NCBI GenBank assembly: GCA_036785375.1
Contig: JAWMAR010001141.1
Span: 186,001-250,000, forward strand
Direction of reading: 5' to 3'
Length of the DNA: 64,000 nucleotides
Source: Leucoraja ocellata
Lineage: Eukaryota
Shown here: positions 13,931 through 27,373 of the stretch, one piece after another
Numbering within the stretch: the first letter of the stretch is position 1
Layout: every line of letters starts with the position of its first letter
Program-made: the position numbers and the translations under genes
The notes under the pieces: model-generated
Databases searched by the model: none
What the model was told of the DNA's origin: nothing
The model's input: the letters and a program-made list of their open reading frames with translations, nothing else

Positions 13931-13999
13931 ACAGCATTAATAGAACTAAGCAAGAAATCGATTAATTAAGGGAAATCACAGCACAGATTTGTTTAACCA

Positions 14000-15262
14000 T
14001 ATAACAATTACAACACGGAAACAGGCCATCTCGGCCCTACAAGTCCATGCCGAACAATTATTTTCCCTTAGTCCCACCTGCCTGCATTCATACCATAACC
14101 CTCCATTCCCTTCTCATCCATATGCCTATCCAATTTATTTTTAAATGATACCAACGAACCTGCCTCCACCACTTCCACTGGAAGCTCATTCCACACCGCT
14201 ACCACTCTCTGAGTAAAGAAGTTCCCCCTCATGTTACCCCTAAACGTCTGTCCCTTAATTCTGAAGTCATGTCCTCTTGTTTGAATCTTCCCTATTCTCA
14301 AAGGGAAAAGCTTGTCCACATCAACTCTGTCTATCCCTCTCGTCATTTTAAAGACCTCCATCAAGTCCCCCCTTAACCTTCTGCGCTCCAAAGAATAAAG
14401 ACCTAACTTATTCAACCTTTCTCTGTAACTTAGTTGTTGAAACCCAGGCAACATTCTAGTAAATCTCCTCTGTACTCTCTCTATTTTGTTGACATACTTC
14501 CTATAATTGGGCGACCAAAATTGTACACCATACTCCAGATTTGGTCTCACCAATGCCTTGTACAATTTTAACATTACATCCCAGCTTCTATACTCAATGT
14601 TCTGATTTATAAAGGCTAGCATACCAAAAGCTTTCTTTACCACCCTATCTATATGAGATTCCACCTTCAAGGAACCATGCACGGTTATTCCCAGATCCCT
14701 CTGTTCAACTGCATTCTTCAATTCCCTACCATTTACCATGTACGTCCTATTTTCATTTGTCCTGCCAAGGTGTAGCACCTCACATTTATCAGCATTAAAC
14801 TCCATCTGCCATCTTTCAGCCCATTCTTCCAAATGGCCTAACTCACTGTAGACTTTGGAAATCCTCTTCATTATCCACAACACCCCCTATTTTGGTATCA
14901 TCTGCATACTTACTAATCCAATTTACCACACCTTCATCCAGATCATTGATGTACATGACAAACAACAAAAGACCCAACACAGATCCCTGAGGCACCCCAC
15001 TAGTCACCTGCCTACAACCCGACAAACAGCCATCCACCATTACCCTCTGGCTTCTCCCATTCAGCCACTGTTGAATCCATCTTGCTACTCCTGCATTTAT
15101 ACCCAACAGTTGAACCTTCTTAACCAACATTCCATGAGGAACCTTGTCAAAGGCCTTACTAAAGTCCATATAGACAACATCCACTGCTTTACCCTCGTCA
15201 ATTTCCCTAGTAACCTCTTCAAAAAATTCAAGAAGATTAGTCAGACATGACCTTACAGGCAT
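14000..15262 (-). mobile_element. CR1/HER1-type LINE 3' fragment (RT, frameshifted)
   Basis: ORFs 14843..15439 and 14068..14883: SCLTNL, DFSKAFDKV, SGVPQGSVLG, YADD, YKALVRPNLEY, LERRRLRGDL. Confidence 0.92.
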
Positions 15263-15454
15263 AGAAGAAATCATATTCAAAAATTTGATCCTTTCCGGTA
15301 AAATTACAGATAAAGTTGATGAAGGTAATGAAGTTAATGTGGTATAAATGAGCTTCCAGATGGTTTTAATAACAGGATAAATGGCAGATATCAGGAATAA
15401 AAGTAAAGTTGAAGAACATGAAGAACATAAAAGGGGCATTTATGGATAGGAACA

Positions 15455-16170
15455 CCATGTGGTGCCACCAGCAGTGGCTGCCTCGCCAACAGTCTGTCTG
15501 TCCTTTCTTCTTTTTGTTATTTTTAGTATGTGTTAAAAGTATGTTTCAGCCTTCGTTGGTTTGTTTTATGTGGGGGAAACTTTTTTTAAATCTCTTATCT
15601 CGACGGAGATGCGGTTTGTTTCCGTATCGTATCACTGTCCCCACTGCGGCCTAACATTGTGGAGTTGGCGGCCTTTCCTGGAGACGGACGGGCGCTCCAA
15701 GCCGCGGGAGACTGCGGGACTTTAACATTGCGGAGCTTGCGATCCCTTTGCTGGGGATCGAAGCTCTAACCGCGGGGCCTGTGGACTTGAACATTGTGAA
15801 GCCCGCAATCTCTGGTAAGAGTCCCATGGACTCGGGAGATCCATGCAGTGGAGAAAGTTTCAACTGGCCCGATGTGGGAGTTTCGATCACCCTGACGAGG
15901 ACTTCAATCACCGGCTGCGGAGGCTTTGACTGCCCCGACTGCAGATGGTTTGTCTGCCCCGACCACGGGAGAACAAAGAGGAAGTTTGAACTTTATTGCC
16001 GTCCGTCACAGTGAGGAATATGGAATCCACTGTGATGGATGTTGATGTTAACTTTTATATGGTTGTGAGTCTTGTTGCTTTTCACTTAGTTTGCCTGTAT
16101 GGTAACTCAAATTTTACTGTACCTTAATTGGTACATGTGACAGTAAACTGACCTGGAAACCTTGAAGATG
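15455..16170 (+). mobile_element. GC-rich non-autonomous retroposon with L2/Rex-like tail
   Basis: Head ggctgcctcgccaacag, shared cacagtgaggaat..actgtgatgga block and cacatgtgaca.taaa tail; relatives at ~2310-2830(-), 24040-24450, 26618-26950, 57435-58215(-). Confidence 0.65.
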
Positions 16171-16404
16171 GTTAAGTATCATATTACAGAGGAAAGACAT
16201 TGAAAACTGGGGTAACAGTGGGTCAGACAGCATCTCTGGAGAAAAGGAATAGGTGATGTTTTAGGTCGAGACCCTTCATACAACAGAGTCAGAGTAAAGG
16301 GGACCAAGACTCGCTGCTACAGAGGAATATGGGTGATCGGCTGCTTATTGAGCAGGAGGAAGGTCAATAGTGAGATTGGTGTTGGCTTTTTAAAAATCAA
16401 AAAA

Positions 16405-16955
16405 GAAACATAGAAAATAGATGCAGGAGGAGGCCATTCGGCCCTTCGAGTCAGCACCGCCATTCATTGTGATCATGGCTGATCATCCCCTATCAATAAC
16501 TCGTGCCTGCCTTCTCCCCATATCGCTTGACTCCACTAGCCCCTAGAGCTCTATCTAACTCTCTCTTAAATCCATCCAGTGATTTGGCCTCCACTGCCCT
16601 CTGTGGCAGGGAATTCCATAAATTCACAACTCTCTGGGCGAAAAAGTTTTTTCTCACCTCAGTCTTAAATTACCTCCCCTTTTATTCTAAGACTGTGGCA
16701 CCTGGTTCTGGACTCGCCCAACATTGGGAACATTTTTCCTGCATCTAGCTTGTCCCGTCCTTTTATAACTTTATCGGTTTCTATAAGATGCCCCCTCATC
16801 CTTCTAAACTCCAGTGAATACAAGCCTAGTCTTTTCAATCTTTCCTCATAAGACAGTCCCACCATCAAAGGGATCAATCTCGTGAACCTACGCTGCACTG
16901 CCCCAATCACAAGGATGTCCTTCCTCAAATTAGGATGTCCTTCCTCAAATTAGGA
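16405..16955 (-). mobile_element. CR1 LINE 3' fragment
   Basis: ORF 16665..16928: VQRRFTRLIP..LGLYSLEFRRMRG..TRCHS; CR1 3' UTR. Confidence 0.85.
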
Positions 16956-17309
16956 TATAAGTGACCAAGACTTGGATTTGCAAGTCACAAGTTTGAAATG
17001 AGCTGATGATGCAAAACGAAATAGCATTGTGAACTGCAATCCAGGATGTTGTTGAATTTCGGGAGTGCATAGACTTGCTGGCGGGATGGACAGTCATATG
17101 GCGGAAGGTAGACATAAAAAGCTGGAGCAACTCAGCGGGTCAGACAGCATCTCTGGAGGAAAGGAATAGATTACGTTTTGGGTTGAGACCCTTCTTCAGA
17201 CTGAGAGTCAGGGGAAAGGGAAGCGAGAGATATAGATGGTGATATAGAGAGATATAGAACAAATGAATGAAAAAAATGGTGGAAAGTAACGATGATAAAG
17301 GAGACTGGC

Positions 17310-17482
17310 TAATGTGAGCTGTGGTCTAGGTGAAACAAACCAGTGTTAGCTGCGGTCTACATGGAAAAAAAATGTTAGCTGTAGTCGAGATGAATAAAAA
17401 CATTGTTAGCTGTGGTCTATGTGGAAAAAAAACCATTGACAGCTGTGGTTTTGGTGAAAACCTTGTTAGCTGTGGTCTAAAT
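17310..17482. repeat. ~30-32-bp minisatellite x5-6 (ttgttagctgtggtcta)
   Basis: Imperfect tandem copies inside a Penelope-derived fragment. Confidence 0.8.
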
Positions 17483-18033
17483 GAAACCAGCATCTGCAGT
17501 TCCTTCCTAGACATATGACAGATTCATTTATTGCAGAGAAATGAGGTGATAAATTTTGAATACTTTGGGGCAATATAAAATAGTCTGACGAAGGGTCTTG
17601 ACCCGAAACATCACCCATTCCTTCTCTCCAGATATGCTGCCTGTCCCTCTGAGTTACTCCAGCATTTTGTGTCTTATCTTCAGTTTAAACCAGCATCGGG
17701 TGGTATCCCGAGCCGGCAGCTTCGCCAGCAGCTGTCCGTCCTTTCGACTGAAGAAGGGTTTCGGCCCAAAACGTTGCCTATTTCCTTCGCTCCATAGATG
17801 AGTGCTGAGTTTCTCCAGCATTTTTGTCTACCTTCGATTTCCCAGCATCTGCTTCTTAACTATTTAACAATATTAAGATATGGTAATTGAGGTTATATTA
17901 AAACCCACAAACCTGCACGTATTTGGAATATGGGACGAAACCCACGTGATCAGAGGGATAACGTACAAACTCAGTGCAGACAGCACCCATTGCCAGGATC
18001 AAACCTGGGTCTCTGTCAAGGCTGTAAGGCAGT

Positions 18034-18982
18034 AAGGTTGCGTCCTCAGCTCTCTATTGTACTCCCTGTACACACATGACTGTGGCTAGGTTCAGCTCCA
18101 ACTCAATAATCAAGTTTGCTGATGACACTGTGGCGGTGGGCCTGATCTCAGACAACGATGAGAAGGCCTACCGGGAGGAGGTGGCTGATCTAGCACTCTG
18201 GTGTCAGGACAACAGCCTCCTCTTGAACATCAAAAAAACTAAGGAGTTGATCGTTGACTTTAGGAGGGCACATCATCCGAGGACGTACACACCATTGAGG
18301 ATAAATGGGGATACTGTGGATAGGGTGAGCTGTTTTAAATATCTGGGAGTCCACATCTCTGAGGATATGACATGAACATCACACGCTGCAGCACTCGTGA
18401 GTAAGGCAAGGCAGCGCCTTTACCACCTCAGGCAATTGATGAAATTCAGAGTGTCTCCGAGGATCCTCCAGTGCTTCTACTCAGCGGCTGTGGAACGCAT
18501 CTTGTCCGGAAATATTACCATCTGGTTTGGGAATTGTCTGGACAATTCCCAGGACAAGAAGGCGCTGCAGAGAGTAGGGAACTTCACTCGCCCCCCCTGC
18601 AGGAACTATACATCAAGAGGTGCAACTCCAGAGCCAATAAAATCATGGGAGACCCCTTCCACCACTGCAACGGACTGTTCCAGCTGCTACGGTCAGGCAA
18701 AACGCCTCCGTTGCCATGCTGTGAGAACGGAGAGGTTGAGAAGGAGTTTCTTCCCAGAGGCCATTCGGACTGTAAACTCCTATCTCACCAGGGACAACTT
18801 TACTGAACCTTTTTCCTTCCGCCCACAATATTTAATATGTAAAAGAATATGTGATTCTGTTTGTAGCTTGTTTGGTTGTTTGTTTGTTTGTCTTTTTGCA
18901 CAAAGTCCGCGAGCATTGCCACTTTTCATTTCACTGCACAACTCGTATGTGTATGTGACGAATAGGCTTGACTTGACTTGAC
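18034..18982 (+). mobile_element. Rex1/Babar-like LINE 3' fragment nested in a SINE
   Basis: GCVLS..LYTHD, IIKFADDT, KTKELIVDFRR, ARQRLY, SFFP; (cttga)n tail; the flanking SINE sequence (aaggcag / ctctaccgct) is split by it. Confidence 0.85.
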
Positions 18983-19254
18983 TCTACCGCTATGCCACTA
19001 TGCCTTCCATTTGGAATTTGCATTTTACCTTGATTTTAAACATCTCCACCTGATCACTTTGCAATCTTCTCTGTTCTCAGGAGATCAATTGTTCGCTGTT
19101 CGCTGATCAATTATCCACCAGACTAAAGTCCTTCATTCCTAAGTTACTTTTTCTAAATCCCTCATGTACCTCTGTAACGATTTCACAACCTTCCTATTGT
19201 GACCAAACTCATATTTTATAAATGGAGGTACACTAAACTATCGATGCTGGAATC

Positions 19255-22200
19255 TTTTTTTTTTTTTGTTTATTTTATTAGAAGTTAATACATCACAAAA
19301 CAGTACAGTGGCACCTAATTTTAGGTGCCAACTATGTAATACCGTAATCCATTCTATGTACAACCTCTAGTTTTATGTTATAAGAAAGAAGTAAGCAGAA
19401 CAAGAAAAAGAAAGCAATAGAAAGGGGAAAAAGTGGAGAAATAGATGGTAGAGAGTAGAGAAACGTGAAGTGTGTATATAAAAAATAAAAAAAGGAAGAG
19501 AGAAAGAGGAAAGTAGAAATAGAAGAGAAGGCCCCTTAAAAGAGAATTTTTCAAATCTGTATTCGGAGATGTAGCTCTACCCGCGTCATGAACTGAAATC
19601 AGCAATCCTTATGGCACCGCTGCATCACATGATTCCAAAAAGTCGATGAAAGGAGACCAACTCTTTAAGAATTGGTCATATTTATCTATTAGTCGGAGTC
19701 TCATTTCTTCAAGGCGTGCTATGTCCATCATATTCCTAATCCACATTTTAACAGTTGGTGTGGTTGTATTTTTCCAAAATTTAAGTATCAATTTCTTTCC
19801 AATTATTAACCCATAATTAAAAAAAACATTTTGATCTTTATTTAAATTGGTATCTTCTCCTATTATTCCAAATATAATCCATCCCGTTTTGGGTTCTATT
19901 CTTGACTTGAAAATCTTTGTAAATATATCAAATATATCACTCCAAAATTTATTCAACTTTGTACATCCAACAAATGAGTGTGTTATATTAGCGTTTTGAA
20001 ACAAACATTTATCGCATCTGGGAGAGACGTTTGGATAAAATTTATTCAACCTCGTTTTTGAATAATATAGTCTATGTAATAATTTGAATTGAATTAAATT
20101 ATGTCTTGCGTTAATAGAACAGTTATGTGTATTCATCAAATATTTTTCCCATCTATCCTTAGAGATCTTTGTCATTAGCTCTTGTTCCCAATCTTCCCTT
20201 AATGCTTCTGTTGAGGGTGATTCTCTATTTAATATATTATTATAAAAATATGATATTAATTTTTGTGAATCAGCCTTGATATTCATTGCTTCTTCTAAAG
20301 GATCTAAAAATATAGTTTGAAATCTATGTGTATGTTTCTTCATAAAGTCACATACCTGTATATATTTAAAATATTGATTATCCTTCAATTTAAATTTTAA
20401 TTTTAATTGTTGAAATGATAACAGTTTGCCCACTTCATACATGTCCCCTACTTTCCTAATCCCCAGTCTATCCCATTGTTGATATGTGTTGTCGATGAGA
20501 GAAGGTTTGAATGCGGGGTTGTTCAATAGTGGGGTTAGTACTGATAAATTATTTAATTTCAAGGATGCTTTTATTTGTTTCCAAATTCTTATTATATTGT
20601 GAATAATTGGGTTCTTCTTATATATTATACTATTCAATTTTATCGGTGAGAGCAGGATCGTTCCTATATCGTACGGATAGCACTCCTCTTTCTCCATTCT
20701 TATCCACTCCAACTGCTGAGTGGAACTATCTAGCCAGTATATTATGTTCTTAACATGCACTGCCCAGTAGTAATATATAAAGTTAGGTAATGATAAACCC
20801 CCCACTTCTTTAGATTTGCACAAATGCTTTCGTTGAATTCTATGTGTTCTGTAGTCCCATATAAAATTAGTGATAGTGGAATCTAATTTTTTGAAAAAAT
20901 ATTTTGGAATATATATTGGGATTGCTTGAAACAAATATATTAATTGTGGTAAGAAAGTCATTTTTATAGCGTTAATTCTACCTATCAATGAGAGTGGAAG
21001 CGTTTTCCAAAATTTAATCGTATCATTCAGTTTATTTAATAGTGGTATAAAATTGGCACTAAATAATGATTTGTGTCTTCTCGTAATTTGAATACCCAAG
21101 TACTTGAATTTTTCTGTTGCAATTTTGAAGGGGAATTTTAGTAAGTGTCTCGAATCCTGTGGTTTTAAAGACATAATTTCGCTTTTATTCCAATTTATTC
21201 TGTATCCTGAAAAAGAGCCGAATTCCTCAATTAGTGTTAATAAGGTGGGTATACTCGTTTGTGTATTAGTAATATATAAAAGGATATCATCAGCGTATAA
21301 TGAAATTTTATTCTTTGAGTCCTTGCTGTTATATCCGTGAATATTCGGGTGATTTCTAATCCTTTCGGCCAGCGGTTCTATCATAAGGGCAAATAGCAAT
21401 GGTGATAAGGCACACCCTTGCCTATTACCCCTTGATAAGTAAAATTTTGGAGATAGCGTATTGTTAGTTAATATTCTTGCCGTAGGTCTATCATAAAGTA
21501 GTTTAATCCATCTGATAAAATTCTCTCCCATATTAAATTTTTGGAGTACCTTGTATAAATACTGCCATTCTACTTGATCAAATGCCTTCTCTGCATCCAA
21601 CGTGACCACTGAGATATCTTCATTGTCCTTCTTATGAGAGTACATTATATTAAAAAGCCTTCTCAAATTATTAAATGATTGTCTTTTGGGTATAAATCCC
21701 GTTTGATCCGTATTTATTAAATTGTTAATATAATTATTTAGCCTTCTAGCTAGAATCTTTGCTAAAATTTTCTGATCCGTATTTAGAAGTGATATAGCTC
21801 TATAAGAACCAGGCTCATCTAAATCTTTATCTTTTTTTGGTATAAGCGTTATTGTTGCTTCTGCTAGGGTTTCTGGTAGTTTATTTTCAGTATAAGCCTG
21901 CGTGTATAAATTAAATAATCTTGGTACAATAGACTCCTGAAATCTTTTATAAAATTCATTACTAAAGCCATCTGGTCCTGGGGTCTTCCCATTTTTCAAT
22001 GAGTTTATTATTTGTTTTATTTCTTCACTAGTAATCCGTGCTCCTAATTGCTCTTGTTCTAAACTATCCAATTTTGGGAGCTTGCAATTATCTAAAAAAT
22101 TTGTAATTTTACTTACATCTGTCTTTATTTTGGATGTGTATAAATTATGATAAAATTGGGCAAACCTCTTATTAATATCCTTAGGCAATGTTAGCAACTC

Positions 22201-23233
22201 ACCATTGTCCGATTTAATTTTTGTAATAGTTTTTTCCTTTTCTCGTTGCTTCAGTTGCCTCGCAAGCAGTTTATGTGGCTTATCCCCAAATTCGAAGTAT
22301 GCTTGTTTTGTAATTTGGAATAATCTTATTACTCTAGCCGCTAATATTCTATTGACTTTATATTTCAGTAAAGTTATCTTATTATGTTTATTTATGGTTG
22401 GGTCAGTTGCATTGTCCAGTTCTAGTAATTTTATCTTCTGTTCTATCCGCTGAAGTTCTCTTTTATTTTCCTTATTTTGAAAACTTTGGTAAGAGATTAT
22501 GACACCGCGAATATATGCCTTGAAGGTTTCCCATAATAGCGGTGCAGAAATACCCGGTGTGTCATTTATTTCGAAAAAAAGTTTTGTTTGTTCTTTTATA
22601 TACTCATAACCCTGCGGGTTATTTAATATGTGTGCATTGAACCTCCAAAAAGGCTTTATACTCGGCATTCCCTCAATTTTAAGTATAAAAGTCAATGGTG
22701 AGTGATCAGAAATAATACTATTATGATATGATGGTTTATTCGTATACGGGATCAATTTTGTGTCCAGTAAGAAATAGTCAATTCGCGAATAAGTTTTGTG
22801 AACTGATGAATAAAATGAGTATTCCCTACCACTTGGATTTGCTATTCTCCAAACATCAGCTATGTTATTATTTTTTATATAAGTATTTAAAAATTCACAG
22901 GTCTTGGTTTTAACAAGACGCTTCCCTAGCTTTATTGATTTATCTAAATATGGATCTATAACACAATTGAAATCTCCCCCCATTATTATATTTTGAAAAT
23001 TATGCTCTGCGATTAAATCTATTATTTTCCTAAAAAATTGTGGGTTATCAAAATTAGGCGCGTAAATATTTATCATAGTTAATGGTGTATTGTAAATTTC
23101 TTCTGTGACTATAACATATCTTCCCTCTTTATCAGATATGGAATTCTTTAATTTAAAAGGTATGCCCTTCCGAATTATAATAGCCGTGCCTCTTGCTTTA
23201 GAGGTGAATGAGGGGTAATAGGTTTGACCTATC
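19255..23233 (-). mobile_element. L1-clade LINE, 5'-truncated within the endonuclease, ORF2 uninterrupted (partial APE, RT, CCHC), poly(A) tail, 14-bp TSD
   Basis: ORF 19609..23376: GGDFN, YSRIDYF, SDH, GPDG, RQGCALSP, YADD, C..C..H..C; T-run from 19255; TSD cgatgctggaatct at 19242-19255 and 23234-23247. Confidence 0.95.
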
Positions 23234-23964
23234 CGATGCTGGAATCTGAAGCAAGAAGGTATCCTGGTGCAGTCTAGACCAAAATGTTGGCAATTTATTT
23301 CTGCTTGCGGACTCTGCTTAACCCATTGAGTGCCTTGAGCATTTTTTTGGCTCTTACATGTTTCATAAAGTTTCATAATAACTCATGTAGGCTGTGGGGC
23401 GAGTAGCTTTTTCCCAGCGTTTCGAAACCCAAGTCACAGAACTACATGAAATTTTCACATATTATGTAAAAATATATAAATCACCCCTGAAACTCGTCAT
23501 GAACAAGACTTGCATATTTTTTATTAAATTTCGGGTATTTTTAGTCCAATCAAAGCATGTTTAACATTGAGTTGTATGCCAGTTGGCCAATCACGCGCTT
23601 TGCTTCAGGCTAGCACACAACATGGCTGAGAGGACTTCACTGATGCCTGCTTTACTGGAGATTCCGATGAAGGTTCTTTCTAGTTCTGTGGAATACATGT
23701 CGTGGAAACTTACAGCAGGGTAATTGAATTTAGTGAGAAAAGCATTAAGAAGGCTGAAGAATGTGCTGCTAAGAGGATAGAAGAGGAAGAAAGTCTTGAA
23801 AGCAAAGTCGCTGCTGAAGTGCTGCAGTCAAACTTTGTGAATCAACTGGAACTGAAAGGTAAGATCTAAAGTCTGAATTTATGAAAATCTATCTGTATGG
23901 ACTTTAATTAATTTAATTGCACCCTTTTATAATGAGAGAAAATGAGATTTTGAAGCTGTACATT

Positions 23965-24022
23965 CACTCACTCACTCACTCACTCACTCACTCACTCACT
24001 CACTCACTCACTCACTCACTCA
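23965..24022. repeat. (CACT)n microsatellite
   Basis: Direct reading; explains the HSLT repeat in ORF 23917..24147. Confidence 0.95.
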
Positions 24023-24039
24023 TTCAGGCTAGCACACAA

Positions 24040-24150
24040 CCCGGCCTCGGAGCTGGGGCAGCGGCAGTGGCGACCCGGCCTCGGTGCTGGGGCAGTGGCA
24101 GCGGCCACCCGGCCTCGGAGTTGGGGCAGCGACGGAGGCAGCGGTGACCC
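24040..24150 (+). repeat. GC-rich ~30-33-bp minisatellite x3 (ccggcctcggagctggggcagcggcag)
   Basis: Three imperfect tandem copies visible. Confidence 0.75.
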
Positions 24151-24878
24151 GACCCGACTGCAGGCCCAGTGGACGACATCGTCGGGAGCTCATAGTCACA
24201 GGTTGGTGACCTGTTCTCCGGAGCCTCCGCAACAACAGCTGCGTCCGCTGGACTGGAGGGCCGCAGCTTCGGCAGCTTCAAGCTCGGATTCAGCCGCGGG
24301 ACTGACATTACTTACCAACGCCCAGCGGGGTCACAACATCTGAAGCCTGGATCGCCTCGGCGCAGAGGGAGAATAAGAAGGGTTGAGACAAAGACTTAAG
24401 ACTTTTGCACAGTGAGGAGGTGCCTGGTGAACTCACTGTGGTGGATGTTAATTTGGTATAATAATATATAGTTTAAATGGACTGCAACACGGAAATAGGC
24501 TGCCCATGGTGTAATGTGGGTATTGGCCACTAGATGGCGCTTACTTTCCCGATTTCATTTCCTAATTAGTTTAATTAATTAATGTGCAACTTTAGGCAAT
24601 GATGAGTTATGACATCCTTCTCAATTATATTTCATCTAAATATGTGGAAAATTTCATGTAGTTTGGTGACTTGGGTCACGAAAACTGATTTCTAGACACA
24701 TTTTTGATGCTCGGCCCACAGCCTAATATTCTATGTATCAGAGTTAATTCATTTTTTTCAATCAATTTCCCAATCTGCTCTGGAACTTTCAAGGAGCTTG
24801 GCTATTAAACATTCTGCAGAAGTCTTGTTTTTGTACCTTCCAGTTTATATTGCCACTTGCAATACTGATCATAAAATA

Positions 24879-24913
24879 AGTCTGAAGAAGGGTCTCGACC
24901 CGAAACGTCACCT
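24879..24913 (+). ncRNA. Minimal hammerhead ribozyme motif (Penelope pLTR-derived), representative copy
   Basis: CTGAAGA-A-GGGT-ctcg-ACCC-GAAA-CG-TC then acct: hammerhead core boxes, 4-bp stem II, palindromic minimal stem III. Confidence 0.6.
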
Positions 24914-27373
24914 ATTCCTTCGCTCCATAGATGCTGCCTCACCCGCTGAGTTTCTCCAGCACTTTTGTCTACCTTCGATTTTGCCAGCATCTGCAGTTCT
25001 TTCTTAAACATAATGTAATGCGTTACATTCTTTATTATTAAATTTTATTGGCCAAACAACAAACGTATGAAGCAACTTAGAAAATATAGGAAGGAACAAT
25101 TGTTTGTTAATTTTATATAGTGTGGACGTGTAGAGATGAGTACAATATTGTTCTCATTACCTTGCTAAGATTAAGATCAAATTTAGTATTTCACTGCCTT
25201 TAAACCTAGCTCTTCGAAACCACAATCAGGAAGTGGTTTGTATTCTTTGCAAAACTGTGTTCTTCTTGGAAGTCAATTGTTGAGCAATGTGTCAATTAAT
25301 GCTCTAATGTGAGGCAAACACAACTGCTTGTTCTTTTTGTAAACAAGTTTTTGCAGTTAATTTTTTCTATTTGTTCTCCAGGCATGCTGTCTAACCCACT
25401 GAGTTCCTCCAGCACTTTGTGTCTTTTGTGTAAACCAGTATCTTTGGTTTCTTGTTTCTACATTTTGACGGGTCTGAAGAAGGGCCCCGACCCGAAACGT
25501 CACATATCTATGTTATAGATTCTGAAGATGCACTGTATACCACCATTGAGCCATCTATACCTCACGATGCCCCAAGAAAGCAGACAACATAATTAAGGAC
25601 CTTTTTCATCCCAGCCGTCCCCTCTTCTCCCCTCTCCCATCAAGGCAGAAGATATAAAAGCTTGAAATTATACCCCGCCAGTTTCAGGGACAGCTTCTTC
25701 AAACCTGATGTGATGTAAGAGACTTTTAGATAAATACATGGAGGTGCAGGGCTGGAGGGATATGGATTATGTGCAGGCAGATAAGGGTTTGTTCAGGGCA
25801 AGCACTCTCAGAGGGGGGGGCAACGAGTGGCATTTGGCATGGGCCTCATGCCTGTCTGCTTCAAAGGGATCTTGATTTGGGTGCCTCTAAAATTGAGGGG
25901 CTTCTGCTTGAAATTCTAAAATTGAAATTGGCCTCGGCCTCAGTTCATCTATGAGATGGCCTGGTTCCTGGCATTATGTTTGGCATGGACATTGTGGGCC
26001 CGAGGGCTTGTTCCTGTCATGTTTAGTTTAGTTTAGAGATACAGCATGGAAACACGCCCTTTGATCCACTAAGTTTGCCCTGACCAGCAATCACCCATAC
26101 ACTAGTTCTATCGTGCACCCTAGGTACAATTTACAGAAGCCAATTAACCTACAAACCTGCACGTCTTTGGAATGTGGGAGGAAACCAGAGCAGCCAGAGA
26201 AAACCCACGCGGTCACTGGGAGTACGTACAATCTCCGTAGTCAGGATTGATCCCAGGTGTCTGGCAGCAACTCTACCGCTGTGTCACTGTGCCACCCTGC
26301 CTCAAGAAAGCAGCCAACATAATAAAGGACCTTTTTCACCGCAGTCATCCCCTCCAATCCCTCATTTATCCATGATAACAATGAAACATATATTTCCACT
26401 TTGCACAACGACTAGACTATATCAAAAATATATTTTAGCACTAATTGTTAGTTTATATTTTGAAGGTTTTTGTTAGTTAGCTAGTTAAGTTTATTGTCAC
26501 TCATAAGTCTCTCAGCTCTTCCTCTTCATTGCAAAATAACGTTTAAGTAGAAACGTTATGAGGAACATAAATGAGGAAGAAGTCAGCAAGACATTGTGTA
26601 TGAAACTACAATGATCATTGTAGTGGGCTCCAACAACAAGACCCGGAGCGTGGCCTTGCACCACCCGGCGCGGCGTTAATGGCCGCGGGACAATTGTTGT
26701 CGCCCGCCGGGGGCTCTGACTTGGGTTCTGACTTTGACTCTGACATCGGGGGGAGAGGAAAGTGCAGGGTAGAGATAAGTTTTTTTGCCTTCCATCACAG
26801 CGAGGAGGAGATGCGCTGTGATGGATGTCTGTGTAAACTGTGTTGTGTCTTGGGTCTTTTTTTTCTTGTATGTATGACTGCAGAAACAACATTTCACTTG
26901 AGCCTCTATGAGGTTCAAGTGACAAATAAATTGTATTGTATTGTATTGTATCTTGCAGATTAACTCTCGAGTTTCAAATTTTCCCAGCACATTTCAAACA
27001 TAAATTAATGTTCATAGAGTAATGAAAATGGTGAAAAGAGTCAAAAACCTGGCACGAGTGAGGAATATTTGGTAATACGGTCACCAGGTCATTAGTGATA
27101 CGGCCCATGATGTCTAGCCCGCCATTCAATCATGGCTCATCTATCTCTCCCTCCTAACCCCATTCTCCTGCCTTCTCCTCATAACCCCTTTGCAGGATCT
27201 GGAATGATTGACCTAGTAGCCGGAGCATTGGTTGATGGAATTTAATACAGAGAAGTGTGAGGTGTTGCAATTTGGGACGTCGAACAAGGGCTGGACCTAC
27301 ACAGTAAATGGCAGGCCTCTGGGTAGTGTTGTAGAGCAGATGGGTGATCTGAAAGAGGTGTATAAGATCATGA

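Larger units (their letters stand above)
23388..24725. mobile_element. Non-autonomous TIR DNA transposon, Academ-like
   Basis: Imperfect ~90-bp inverted termini TAGGCTGTGGG...CCCACAGCCTA sharing acccaagtcac..aactacatgaaattttc; flanks atg/ata; internal decayed coding exon 23641-23858. Family assignment is inferred. Confidence 0.7.

Noticed and set aside
17310-17482. CRISPR-like regularly spaced repeats
   Set aside because: Eukaryotic context, no unique spacers; ordinary minisatellite.
23234-23376. N-terminal ~48 aa of the 1255-aa ORF as a genuine L1 ORF2 start
   Set aside because: Lies beyond the TSD in flanking DNA; the element is 5'-truncated and has no ORF1.
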